A stretch of DNA of 64,000 nt, from positions 9,922,001-9,986,000 of the forward strand of contig CM119371.1 of the NCBI GenBank assembly GCA_051294905.1, written 5' to 3'. This document shows positions 49,346 to 61,950 of this stretch, one piece after another. Each line of letters opens with the position of its first letter. The first letter of the stretch is position 1. The position numbers were made by a program, and so were the translations under genes. Source of the stretch: Botryllus schlosseri (lineage: Eukaryota). The notes beneath the pieces are model-generated. The model was given only the letters and a program-made list of their open reading frames with translations, was not told the DNA's origin and searched no databases.

Positions 49346-51419
49346 ACAATGATGGTGTGAACGCGAGGTTCACGTTCGCGTTGTGTATGTGAACCTTATT
49401 TGGAGTTTCGCGTTCACAAATGAACCTTGGTAGGTTCTGCGCCGTGAACCATTTACATCTATTACAATTGTAGCGTGATTATAAAATCTTTGGTTGACAT
49501 TCCATTCAATTCAACACCGGACCACTCTTCGCACTTTCCGCTTATGAATATTTAGGGACTCTGCTGAGCGTATTGCCCGCAATTATACACAATGACAAGA
49601 ACGAAATATACTACGGTAGTGAGCAAACTGTGCTTATTTAACCAAGGAGGATTTTGAGGTGGGCCACAGAGCTATTTGGAAAATTGTAGAATTAGTGAAC
49701 GTCTGGTTATGTTTTTTATGTTATTCGCTCAAAAATATATTCATATTAACGAATTATACGTAGGCTACATAAAGCTTTTCATCCAACTCTGATGAGACGT
49801 AGTGACACGTATGGAGTCACAATGCACAAGTCGAAAATGGGTGGGCGAAACGGCGGCTTAAATCCCCCCGGCTATGACAACCTACAGCAAACAGCAACGA
49901 AATTAAGTTCGATTGTACATTAACTGTAAGTATTATATCATTGGGTTTCGCGACGTGAGCGAAACAGCAGACGATCATAATATACACCAGAGTTATACGA
50001 TCTACAAGGACCGTAAGTTCCTCACCCCACAGCCCCAATTGGGGAGCTGGATGGGGCTTAAAACTATTTCGTTGGTCATTTGTTGGAGGAGATTTATGCA
50101 ACTCGAAAGTTTTCGTCGCGCTTCGCGCGGTTCCATGTCCCCACACTCCCCAGTGGTCTCGGTTTAAATATGAACAATAGCCATCGAAATATGCATACCG
50201 TCGCAGGCGATCGCCACGCACAGGACTAAGGCTCTAGTCCCGGTCTAGGTGTCGACCTCAAGGATAGGAGGTGGGTCACAGAGCATTTACAAACAAGAAA
50301 ATGGGCCACGGCCAAAGTAAGATTGAGTACCCCTGGCCTAGGCGATGTAAAGAGAAGGCATGCACACTGAATGAAAAGTACGTGAGAAGATAGTATAATA
50401 AAAAGCAAGCGATAAAAAATGCGGTGGCAAGTCACGGAAGGCGAGATCGATAGGTCAGGTCGTGGTCAGGTGATCTTGAGCGGTGCCTATAGTATTTATT
50501 TGGTGAAAATTTCATTACAAAAGTTACTTCAAACTTGATAATACGCTACACCCTGTCTTTACATCTCTTAATACTGATTGCCATAACGGTAGTACAATGC
50601 AATTGTATATAAGACCGACGAATGGATTTCTTTCATCCAATTGCAACAGACGGCATGTTCAATTGTCCCTGTTCTGTTCATGCTCATAACAATAAAACAT
50701 TCAACGACATTACTGTGGTAAGACAACTAATCTTACAATTATTCCAAGACACGAGCGCCATCGTGCGTATTGTAAGTTTTAACAGATAAATCGACGCATA
50801 TCAAACTACGCCAGAATCCTACACAGGCATAGCTGATATACGGGTGGGTGGGGGGGGGGGTGCTGTTACTGTGGGCATTTCATGTTAATTTCAGGGGGGT
50901 CAATAATTTCGGAGCCATACTTTTATTCGCTAGATGGCGTATGCTTGACGACACTTCCTGGTCTGGTCTAAGGTAATATTCTGGATATAGCTGTGTTTAG
51001 GGTACAATTTGTCAATAGTGATCGGCCCACTGGACGTTCCCCACTGTATCTACCGATCCTGTTGGGACAATACTATTCGTGCTACTAGCGTGTCTTATAA
51101 TTTGGATATAAGGAAATTCGATCAATAGGAACTTCAAGCAATATACTGTTTTACCGTAGCCTACTTCAAGATCGCGTATGTTTATATCGCAAAACTTATA
51201 GGGCTGTGCGGCGCTGTAAGTTGAAGGGAAGACAGCTTACACAGAATCATATAGACCAGCAGTTCTCAACCTTTTTTGACACGCACCCCCCTTGGCGATG
51301 GTCAAAAATATCGCGACCCCCCCCCCCCTTGGCGATGGTCAAAAATTTCCATCATTTATGTAGCCTAAGGCCGCATTCCAGGGCATCGTCGCAATGAAGG
51401 ATCTGGACGCAAAATACCT

Positions 51420-51711
51420 ATGGTAAACTGTCCTAGTGTCCATATCCATTCCCGGTCAGAGAGAGAGACACACACAGAGAGAGATGGTATCCTTTTTCGC
51501 CTGCACCATCGAGATGCTTTGACGACGGAGTTGCGATACGGCCCCATGAGGTCATCTAGTCTGCGCCCCCGTATTTTCCCCCCTCCATTCTATCCGGGAT
51601 TGCTGAGCGGATACCAATTATCGAGTCTTTGGTATGACCCGGCCGGGGATCGAACCCACGACCTACCCGTCGAGAAGCCGGACGCATAACCATTACAATA
51701 TCTCGCTTGGT
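51420..51711 (-). mobile_element. MetaSINE-like tRNA SINE, variant body
   Basis: GGTTCGATCCCCGGCCGGGTCATACCAAAGAC head; 3' boundary approximate. Confidence 0.75.
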
Positions 51712-51787
51712 GAACTCGTGACTATTATACTTTTCACAACGGCCTATTGTACGCACCGAAGTCGCGAGTGGCAATGTTATGAATAGT

Positions 51788-52129
51788 CACTATTAATATT
51801 ATTATAATCACACAACAACGACAGTGGCGCTTATCGCCTTGTGCGCCACGACAATGCATTCGGTAAGTTAAGTTTCTTTGCTTATTGGATACTCTGGACG
51901 ACTTTCATGCTCGCGCACATCCACTCCTCTTGCTGGTCTCTGCTGCCGACTTCGTAGCTCGGCTCACTCTTCCTCTGGGCTTTTTCAAGGCGCTGCGTTA
52001 ACAGCGGGATCGGCGATGAGGAGCCCAGATAAACCTCCGACACGTAAAACACGGCAGAGCCGAGACTCGAACCACCAACCATTGGTGTCGTGACGGTGTC
52101 GCTTAGCACACTGCGCCACTCAGTTCCCC
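51788..52129 (-). mobile_element. tRNA-derived SINE family S2
   Basis: A/B boxes; core matches 16836-17157; TSD G(T/C)TATGAATAGT; 3' hairpin GTGGCGC...GCGCCAC. Confidence 0.85.
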
Positions 52130-53798
52130 GCTATGAATAGTTGCTGGGAGTGCATATTGTCGCGCGGAGCGTGAAAATTTTTTACAGCCGCGAATGAATT
52201 GTTATTTCTTGAGGATTCCCATTCCTTCTCCAATTAAGAAGGGCGTTACTGCATTAAAATCGAAAAATGAAATCTTGTTGAATTGCACGGAGCGAGAAGA
52301 GAATTTAACGATTAAATAAAATCTCTCGAAAATTCGGGAGTGAATTCGTAATTGCAATCTGTATGTCTACGGCTGCCAACACATACTAATTGAATTAGGC
52401 GTCGACGGCCGCACTAAATCCCTTCTACGACCGCATGCAGCCGGACGGGCTGCCCACACCTGATATAATAGTAGGCTATAAATAAGGTATATCTTACGCC
52501 AATTTTGAATCCACATTAGAGTTGTTTAGTCTTTTATATTGCTGACGAACTTCCCCAAACTTGTTTGAAAATAACAAAAAATCATTGAAAAGGACATCAA
52601 TTAATTTCAAGGTAGGTTGCATTGAGACTAATCCTGATGCTGGTAGTGACTACAGAGAGCACGGCGTCATTCTGTCCTGCCATGCTAAATTTGATCAGTT
52701 TTGGAAATGAATTAAATTGTGTTGTTTTACAGCTAAAATGAGGGCGAAACCGGGCAACCTATATTGCATCTAAGTCTGTCTTAGGCAGTGCAGTTCTACA
52801 GCTATAAATAACAGCTACCTAGCGCACAGAGATTTAGGCTACTGCCAAAGCTATAAAGTAATGAATGACTTGCACGTAGGAATTTCTCTAAATCTTCAAA
52901 GAATATCAAAAATTTGCTCAAATGAAGTTGAAGTCAGCCTATACTCCGTTGAGCGCGACTGCTGGAATTTGAGTTTGTCAAGCTTTCTAGAATACGAATT
53001 ATGTTTAATCTATCTACAAGAATCGTATCTTCAGAATGGTTGTGAAACACATGTTTAGTGACGGTTTATACAGACATTGACAAAATTGACAAAAATTTCT
53101 CGCGCCCCCCTGAGAGCCTACCGCGCCCCCCAAGGGGAGCGCGCCCCCAGGTTAAGAACCCCTGATAGAGACAGTTCAGCGACCGCAACAGGTGCTATGA
53201 GTTGAGATTTTTCGATTCGAATAAATATTAATGGATGTCGGCACTATGGAGTGAGCTTTTAAACAATCACCAAGTCCCATGACTAGATCTTCACTGATAA
53301 TTAATTCGAATTCAGTAGCACTTCACAGATTCCCCAGAATATAGCTAGATCGCAAATCATTACTGCTTCTTCAGTTAGTAGGCTACCGGATAGTATATTT
53401 GTTTTCAATCAATTTCCATGGTGGTGGACTCAGGGGGCCAAAAAATTCTTTCGTGAATTACTAAAAATGATTTAATAATAATTGGATATTCATATCACTG
53501 TTTTCTTCGCGCATTGCGCGATTAATTGTCGTTAGATCTCTTGATATTACCAAAGTTACCCTTGCCCAAAGCAAACAAACGCATAATTTATAGAGATATG
53601 CATCTGCGCGTCGGCCATTACAGCGTCACGACACACTCAGACGTTTAAAATGACGTGTCGGCTAACATGCGACTCAGCGAAATGTGCCGCCAAACAAGCT
53701 CAGCGTCGTGGTAATGCTAGCCGAAACGGACTGTCTAATGCTGGCAAAACCCGATGTATTTAATGTCGAATTTTACCTTTGTTTATATGCGTCCTAAT

Positions 53799-54234
53799 TA
53801 CGGTTGCATTTAAAACAAACCGTGTTTTAAAACAAATTGTTTAGAGCATGTTTTGTACAAAGACCTTTAAAAACATTGTGTTTTTTTTCTAGTTGTAAAA
53901 TTATACCATAATTATGTAAATACTTTCCAAAAACCTATTGTATGAGCCTACGGGCAATTAGGCCTACTACCGGATATAGCCGAAATATATCGATGTGGTA
54001 TGGTTGAAACCCTCAGAATAGTCAGTTCAACAGCAATAGTACATTTATTTCGTCAAAGAAGCTATATTTACCCTATAATGTCAATTGTCAATATCAATCC
54101 ACTATGACGGCACAATTTAATATTCGTGACGTGTATGGCTTATAAACAAAAATAAACAAACAAAAAACTGACAATAAAAACATGTTTTAAGCAAGGGGCT
54201 TTTTTTAGACATGTTTGTTTTAAATGCAACCTTA
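53799..54234 (+). mobile_element. hAT MITE family T
   Basis: TIRs; degenerate TSD GTCCTAAT/ATCCTTAT. Confidence 0.85.
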
Positions 54235-54594
54235 ATCCTTATATTTTTGTCCTGGCAATCTGAGCTGAGCTCTACATTACAAATAGCACCCCCATGAAAA
54301 TCTGTGGGCCCCGTGAAGAAATACCACATACCGTTGGCACCCCATGGATGCGAGCACTGGTGGTTACGAAACGCTGGTCTAGAAAAAACCATATAAATTA
54401 GGAAATAACAGCAATGATCTCATATTCTCAAGATATTTTAATCGTGGCTCAGTCTTGACCTGCTTAGATAATATCGACTACTTGTCGTCGCCGGTGTAGT
54501 TACAGGCATTCATTTCAACTTATGCACCGCATTATAGTAAGAATAAAGTTGAATTAAACAATAATTGCTAACCGGACACACGTACTAAAAAGTG

Positions 54595-56019
54595 TTAAAC
54601 TTGTTTAGCATCTTGTAAATATCTCCATAGAAACAAAACAGCCATAAGAAAGCACAACAAAAAGGGCACCGGAAACAAGACACCGAACGCGGAGCTGAAA
54701 TTATCTATCAAAGCACGCGCGCAAGGTGTGCTAAATGTCAAGAACACAACTCCACCTGCCGTCAGAATGCTGTACGATTTTAGGCGAATGGAACTCGAAA
54801 AGTTGGCAGTTATTCCCGATCCGCGGTGTTTCAGACAAATCATCAACGCAGAACGGGTGGATGATAACGTGAGATACGACACATAAACACCAGCAATGTT
54901 GTTATAATGGAAGCTCATTGCTGAACCAATGAAGGCTAGGATGAGCAGTGAAGCAACGGAAATTATTGTCAGTCTCGGTTTCGAGAATTTATCAAGTATT
55001 TGTCCAACTATAGGTCCCGCAGCAGTTGCTGTTACGATTCCAATGATAAACAGCAACCCAACAAACTGATCATTCAAATAGGGGAATTGTTTCAAAATCA
55101 AAGAAGATATAAGGGTGGCACCGAACACTTTGTCTGTCATCGTGAAAGCGTACAGAATAAAAAATATCGCGTATGGGCGATAGGTGAATAGAAATGCGAC
55201 ATCTTTCAGCTCTCTTTTCAGACTGTAAGTCGGTGATGTCTGCACTAAAGGCGTTCTTTCGGTTAGTTCTGGATCATCAATCAGTTCGCCATGCTCGCAA
55301 ACAGGCGGTCTGTCAGACACAAAGCATTGTACTAAAACGCAACAAAATAAGCACATTACCGACAATGAACCAAATGTCGAAGCAAAAACAATCTTAAATC
55401 TGCGATCAATCTTTTCGGACGTCGCCGAGAATATCGATGTTTGCTGAAGCTCTTGATGGCTATACGGAATCCCCATTGCTCTTGTAGCTACCAAGTTACA
55501 CATCAAATATGCTAGTCGCCTTGTAGCAAATGACATTGCTGTCGCTTTTCCTCTCTCATGCAAAGGAAACCAATTCACGGACACCAACTGTGCTATCGGT
55601 ATTATAACCCCGCCAGCGGAACCGGAGAGAAACATCCCAGCAACTGAAAGTACGAATACTTTAAACAAAACTCCATTCGTAACAAGGAGAGTACCGAATC
55701 CGTTAAAGATGCAGGCTAGCAAAGTGATTTGACGAAGGCTAATCCAACCACCGCTCACGCAAATCAACACAACACTAGCCACACCACCGAGAAGATTGGC
55801 GATTACTAGCAAGTCGGTCGTGGCTGGTTCGGTTCCGTAATATCTCGACGTGATATCGTTGACGAATGAGAATGATCCGAAACTGAAGACATCCAATACA
55901 ATGATGAAACAGACTAGCGATGACATGCCCCATCTTTTCCACACGACACGGTACCTTTTACCCTCCAACAGGAACGTCTTGTCGGATTCTGAATCACAGC
56001 CACTGTCATTCGACTCCAT
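54595..56019 (-). CDS. Intronless MFS transporter, SLC49/FLVCR-like (474 aa)
   Basis: Only long ORF in the window, with about 12 hydrophobic segments. YRVVWKRW N-terminal motif, NDITSRYYG, WFPLHERGKATA and G..LDKF motifs are typical of the FLVCR/SLC49 family. Confidence 0.88.
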   Translation of the reverse strand: MESNDSGCDSESDKTFLLEGKRYRVVWKRWGMSSLVCFIIVLDVFSFGSFSFVNDITSRYYGTEPATTDLLVIANLLGGVASVVLICVSGGWISLRQITLLACIFNGFGTLLVTNGVLFKVFVLSVAGMFLSGSAGGVIIPIAQLVSVNWFPLHERGKATAMSFATRRLAYLMCNLVATRAMGIPYSHQELQQTSIFSATSEKIDRRFKIVFASTFGSLSVMCLFCCVLVQCFVSDRPPVCEHGELIDDPELTERTPLVQTSPTYSLKRELKDVAFLFTYRPYAIFFILYAFTMTDKVFGATLISSLILKQFPYLNDQFVGLLFIIGIVTATAAGPIVGQILDKFSKPRLTIISVASLLILAFIGSAMSFHYNNIAGVYVSYLTLSSTRSALMICLKHRGSGITANFSSSIRLKSYSILTAGGVVFLTFSTPCARALIDNFSSAFGVLFPVPFLLCFLMAVLFLWRYLQDAKQV

Positions 56020-56545
56020 AGCGAAAACTCGACCTGCCGTCTCTAACTCGGTTCGGTTTCAATGTATTTTCCGTAATGGATTATCAATGCAGGAAACGAA
56101 ATACACCAGTTACACCAGCGATTACTAAAAGTAACGAGCACGAGAAGGATCATTCGTGCTCATACGGAAGGAAGAAACACAGAGAGCGATATGCTGTGAG
56201 TACCTATTTCTGAGAATATAGGGATAACAATAATGCTACAAATCCTATTTATTTACTGAATGATTAGCATAAAGCTCACTGCTATCATCAATTACCAATC
56301 GTTGTACGTATTTTAAACAGCTGCCACTAGGGTTGCATTTACAACAAATGGGTGTTTAGAACACTTTGTTTGAAACATGTTTTGTTTTTTAAATTGTGTT
56401 TTTAAAGCTGTATAATTATGATATAATTGTGTATATACTTTCCAAAAAACATGTCGTATGAGCCTACGAACGATTACCAGTCGTTATAGCCGGCATATAT
56501 GATATCAGATGGTTCAAACCCTCAAAATAGTCGGTTCAACAGCTA

Positions 56546-59208
56546 CACACACAAAAAAATTTACCTCGATTTACCGCGAAATGTCTGGAAGCAGGGTGGC
56601 CAGCCACTTGGCAGTAATATAACATTACCGTCACTCAATGTAAATTCAACTTACACCCGTCCGGTAATCTAGCTCTACACGCCAGACTGTAATGTTACAG
56701 TCACCTCTGGTATATTCAATCTACATTCTCTCCTGTACATTTACGAGGAGACTGTAATTTTACCTCCTACCTACAACCCTACATGCTGTCCTTTGTAAAT
56801 CAGATTACATGCCAGCTTCTAAATTCACGTACATCCATACCTATCCCAAAGCAACGCGATGCCAAAATACAGCAAGTTTCTTCACGCTCTAAAAACGACA
56901 TTGGGACAACTGTATATTCATTCATGATTCACGATGAAAAAGTATTGCTGCTGGAGGTCTAATTCTTCTGTAGGAGGAATGCAAATATAGCGCAAGTGGT
57001 CCCAAGAAAAGGTGAATTAATTCCACCGCCGGATAAACTTCCAATTGTTTCTTTTTCTCGTCTTCATTCCTTCTGTGTGACTAGTATCTTGCAGTTCCAC
57101 TAAAAAGAACTCATGCGTAAGTCGCTATATTAAGCAAAGTTCCTAATCTAGACATGACATTACAATAACTACTAAGACAAATAGGCTAACAAAAATATAA
57201 CAATTTTTGAAGTACCGTTACTGGTACATTTTGTGACGACGGCTCCGCCTTTTACATGATATAGCAGAGATTCATGACTTACTTTATCTAATGCAGCGGT
57301 TCTCAACCTTTTTGGACATGCGCCACCCTCGGCGATGGCCAAAAAGTTTACGCCCCCGATGCACTTATCGTCACGTAAAAAGAGCACATCATCTAATACA
57401 GAGATAGGCAACCTTTTTGCTAATCACGGTCACATTTCAATTACTTAGGTACCGGTAGCCTAAGGCCGCATTCCAGGGCATAGCCGCCGCATAGCAACCT
57501 ATATTGCATCTAAGTCTGTCTTAAGTAGTGCAGTTCGCCAGCTATTACCAACAGCTACCCAGTGCACTGAGCTTTAGGCTACTGCCCAATCTATGAAGTA
57601 ATGAATGACTTACACGTGGGAATTGCTCTAAATCTTCAAAGAATATCAAAAATCTGCTCAAATGAAGTTGAATGCGACTGCTGGAGTTTGAATTTGGCGA
57701 GCTTTCTTGAATACGAAATAAGTTTCTTCTTCAACAATCGTCTTCTGAAAATGGTTGTGAAACACGTTTAGTCAGAATTCAGACAGACTTAGTCAATTTC
57801 TCGCGCCCCGCAGGTTGAGAACCACTGATCTAATGTATTGAAGCAAAAGGTTCCTCATTTGAGGAGGCATGTGTGCCAAACAAATCCAGCAGTGGATGGA
57901 AACATCTCTATGCTATGGCCCGAAAATTACATGAACAAACCAACAGTTTCAACTCCTCTGTGGCGGAGTATGTGGTGTCACAGGTCACTATGTAAGTCGA
58001 CTAATATCCCAAAATAGAACAGAGAATGCGGCGAATGAAATATTTCAATAATGAAATCAAAGTCATCCCGATGGTGTGCACAGTCGTAGATATTCACGGT
58101 AACAAATACTATGTAGTACTGTACCTTTTACGATGCGTATCCCATTCAGCATTCCTAGGAATCTTCAAGGATCCACTTTCTTCACGCACAACAAGCTTCG
58201 CTCCAGCCGGGTTGGAATACCGGTACGTTTAGCGAGACACCTATGACCGATTCCATAATGGCGCTCCACCCTTTGCTCAAATCTCAATAATGGCCAGACG
58301 ACGATACGACACTCGAACGATTTCAAATCGAGTGGTATTCATCCGCTGACATGCCACCAATAATATTTACCGGCCACGTTATAATGTTTGATTTAGGTCG
58401 TATTTTTTCATACAGAAACAATTATCATTACATATAGTCCCTTTCTTTTCCATCTAATCTCGTATAAATTGATATATATTCCACGTGATGTTCACTACTT
58501 ACTATACATATACTTACCCAGACGCTGCTTGTGATGTCACAGTTGTGCGTTGGTTGTTTACTACGAAACTCAGAAAAAGCAGTAACGCGTAACCCTAACC
58601 TACTGTAACCTATGACAGATCGCGATGTCCGCCATTAACAAATGGTCAACTTAGCATGCGGTGCTGATATTTCCAGTTTCCCGAACAATATTATACATCC
58701 TAAACTGATATTTTAACTTATCAGTCCTATCCCTGGTAACCAACAAAACCGGCCGTATAGCCATAGCCTTATAATATAATATAGTGGCTATGGTGTACCA
58801 CATTAGCTACGATTGTCAGTTGTTTCTTTTACCCCAGTATGTACTTTAATGAAATTGGTACTAGGGCCAACAATTTCCGTATGATAGACCCCAGTCTCGC
58901 GAACGTGGTTGAATCAGGTCAAATCACCACAAAAAATGATATCAGTAACATTCAGTTCCACGTATAACATTGGCCGCAGCGATTTTCAAGCTAATCAATT
59001 TTGCCAATAGCCTGATATACTGCAGGAACGATTAACTGCCAGTAATTTTGCGAATAAATTCCGGTAACTTGACTTTACAGCTAAATTAAGGTAATATTAC
59101 ACATCAAAATGTAAAATTACAAGCTACTCACAGCTATGGGCTGCGACTAGTAATTCGTTGCAAAATTTACAGAGATTTCCCAGTAAATCTACCAGATTTT
59201 TTTGTGTG
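56546..59208. mobile_element. CACAC-ended DNA transposon with TA duplication (CMC/EnSpm-like, non-autonomous)
   Basis: TIR CACAC(AC)AAAAAAAT / ATTTTTTTGTGTG; TA duplicated relative to the empty site in other family T copies. Confidence 0.8.
57294..57827 (+). mobile_element. hAT MITE family F (short form)
   Basis: TIR CAGCGGTTCTCAACC / GGTTGAGAACCACTG; perfect TSD ATCTAATG. Confidence 0.9.
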
Positions 59209-59667
59209 TATAGTACGTAGATATTTCGTCAAAAGGAGCTATGACTACCCTACATTTTCGAATGACAATGTCAATCCACATGAAGTCACAAGTGAATATT
59301 CGTGACGTCATGGCTTTAAAAAAACGAAAAAATAGAAAGACATGTTTTAAATAAGGGCCTTGTTTTGAACATCATTGTTTTCAAATTAATATTAGTTTTA
59401 GATGCAACCCTAGCTACCACATTATCAGTACGATGCATCTCCGAGTATTGGTAGTTGTTTTCTTTCATTTTCAGTTTGGCTCTTGCTCAAAGGCACGATC
59501 TTGGTTAGTATAATGGTGGGATGATAAGTTGCATGACTTAACTATTAGATTTCTAGGTTATTGCATCTATTTTACCCACAAGTAGCCGGCGTACTGCATG
59601 TCTTCATTGCCTACGTCTCCTAATGTTCATGAAATACAACATCAGCAATATACTTGTCATAATATAT

Positions 59668-60505
59668 CTGTGGTTCCCAAACTGTGGTATGGTATTGTTC
59701 GTATCACCAGTGGTTCGAGAAATTCTCTCAGGTGGTACGCGATAACCTTCAGCGGATCGAGAATTTAAATATTCGATGAATCGATATTTGTACTTCGTAA
59801 TCAGCCACAACTAAGCTTACTTGTCGATGTCGATGTAAAATCGGCCAACGCCATATGTCCCCAGTTTCTATGGCCCTTGCATTGATCTATGGCTGTGATT
59901 TTGCAAGACACTACTTGTTACTTTGCGTGAGCAGTGGATATCTAATTTAGAATCCTCCTAATATCGATATCAAATATGCACATGCTGTATGCAGCCGAGT
60001 GTCATGCATCAGAACAGCAATTGTGAGGCACGTTAAAAAGCTATAATAGCGGTATAATCTTACATATCCTATTTTCATAAATCTTATAATACGACCGATT
60101 CGAGGATACTTCAGACTCGATCCCGCAAATCCGAAAAAAAATTCTCGCTTGACACAATTCACGTCACAGGTAACTAACTACTTGTTTGGATGGTGGTATA
60201 ACGGTCATTCTAAGTATAAAAGATTTGAATATTTTGTATGCAAAATATTGGGCGGTATGAACGTACCAATACTCATTCACTGAATTAATCTTGCATTCTT
60301 GACAAACCGCGTATGGAGGACAGTGACGACTTTTATGCTTTAATCTCGAGGAATGCAATATCTAGCATGGCGAAGATATTTAGGCCTACCTTTCATTGTT
60401 GTCGAGTTTGAAATCCTGTTATAGTTAGATACAAGCTAGGTGGTACGCGAACACTGTATAAAACATAAAAAGGTTATACGTGCAACTAATGTTTGGTAAG
60501 AACTG
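59668..60505. mobile_element. Degenerate hAT MITE with GGTACGCG subterminal motifs
   Basis: CTGTGGTTCCCAAAC left end, GTTTGGTAAGAACTG right end; no clean TSD. Confidence 0.55.
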
Positions 60506-60509
60506 TATT

Positions 60510-61157
60510 TAGGGTTGCATCAAAACAAAAATAAATTCATGATCCTTGTTTAAAACATTTTTTAGTGTTTTATGTTTTAATATGACGTCACAAACCCTTA
60601 ATTTTGACCTCAGCCAGTTCAGTTCCGTTTATTAGCAATTTTATCAGTTCTATACAGCACAAAAATGCGATACAATGAAAAGATAGGAAGGTGTTGAAAC
60701 GACTTGGGGGAGTCATAGGAATAAGACACCCACCTTGTCCTAGGGCCTAGGCGATGTAAAGAGGAGGCATGCTCACCGAATGCAAAGCGATTGTGCATTG
60801 AGATTGACAATTGAAAATGTAGGGTACATATGGCTTCTTCGACAAGAAAGGCTTCCGACCAGTGTCACAGAAAATATGTTTAACCGAGACCACATCGTCT
60901 GCGGTCATCGTCATCAGAACGCTTCACTTCTTGCGTACCAATGATCCATATTTGCATGCTATATAACTGTTGAACCGAAGACGATTTCGAGAATTCCGGC
61001 CACTCCTTTGTCGTATGATTTTCGAAAGTATTTACGCAAGTATGGCATAATTATACAACGTTTGCTAGAAGAAGAAAAAAAATGTCGTTTAAATGAATTT
61101 TCTTAAACTCAGCTCAAAACATGTTTTAAAACACCATTTGTTTTAAATGCATCCCTA
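60510..61157 (-). mobile_element. hAT MITE family T, reverse orientation, with foreign insert (~60600-60800)
   Basis: TAGGGTTGCAT / TTTAAATGCATCCCTA; TSD ACTGTATT/ACTGATATT (one indel). Confidence 0.8.
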
Positions 61158-61329
61158 ACTGATATTATGCGAATATGAATCATTCTTAATTTTCATAACT
61201 CTTATGATCTTGGAATCTACGTGTTAAATGGTCCATGCAGTCATGGTAGTCCACGGGCCAGTCCAAGTTCACGAGGAGTTCGTTACTGCTACGGTAAACA
61301 CTTGATTACTACAAAAGTGCAGTGAAGAT

Positions 61330-61950
61330 TCGGAATTATAGTGGTCGCGATCCCCGAGATTAATTTTGAAAAAATAAAACGGGTGAAGCTCGGTTATTAC
61401 TTGTAGTGTCCATGGTATTCATCATTTTTTATCCGTTGCTGCCGACTTGTTGCGTGGCCCACTTCTAGGTTCTTATAAGACACTGCTTAGGAAAGGACAT
61501 AGTTTATTTTGGTCCCTGGTGTTTTTGCGGTATACACACTGACTCATGATACACATACACACGATCTGTGCATATGCATACCATGAGTGCATGATGTGCA
61601 TATGCCGCTGGACAAGGAAGCGCAGAGATAGCCTTTACGGCTTTCTAAGTCATGCACCCCCCCCCCCCATGCTATCCCAGTAATGCATGAGCGCCAAGCA
61701 GTGAAGTCATGGATACCCAGTGTTACTAATCAGGTCTTTGGTCTGACCCGGCCGGGGATCGAACTAACTACCTACCGATCAAGAAGCCGGACGCTTCACC
61801 ATTACGCTATCTTGTCGGTACACGGATGAGATGGCGAAGAGGAGCCTGGATAAACCTCCAACACTTGAGTAGGAATTCTGGAGTCGACCTCGGTCAGACT
61901 CGAGCCCGCAAGCCATTGTTCTGTAGATTATAACACTGCGCTATCTCGCC
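61330..61950 (-). mobile_element. tRNA SINE family S1 interrupted by a MetaSINE-like copy
   Basis: Flanks rejoin to match 35960-36106 (GGCCCACTTCTAGG...GCTTA / CGGATGAGATGGCGA); 3' boundary approximate. Confidence 0.75.
61501..61819 (-). mobile_element. MetaSINE-like tRNA SINE, full length
   Basis: A-box TAGCGTAATGG, B-box GTTCGATCCCC, GGGTCAGACCAAAGAC, CTTCACTGCTTGGCGCTCA(T)GCATT. Confidence 0.82.

Larger units (their letters stand above)
51257..53164 (+). mobile_element. hAT (Buster-type) element family F hosting two SINEs
   Basis: TIR CAGCAGTTCTCAACC / GGTTAAGAACCCCTG; TSD ATATAGAC/ATAGAGAC; homologous to 57294-57827. Confidence 0.85.
56328..59412 (+). mobile_element. hAT MITE family T split by a 2.7-kb insertion
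   Basis: TIRs; TSD GCTGCCAC/GCTACCAC; the halves rejoin to CAGCTATAGTACG as in the intact copy at 24088. Confidence 0.88.
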
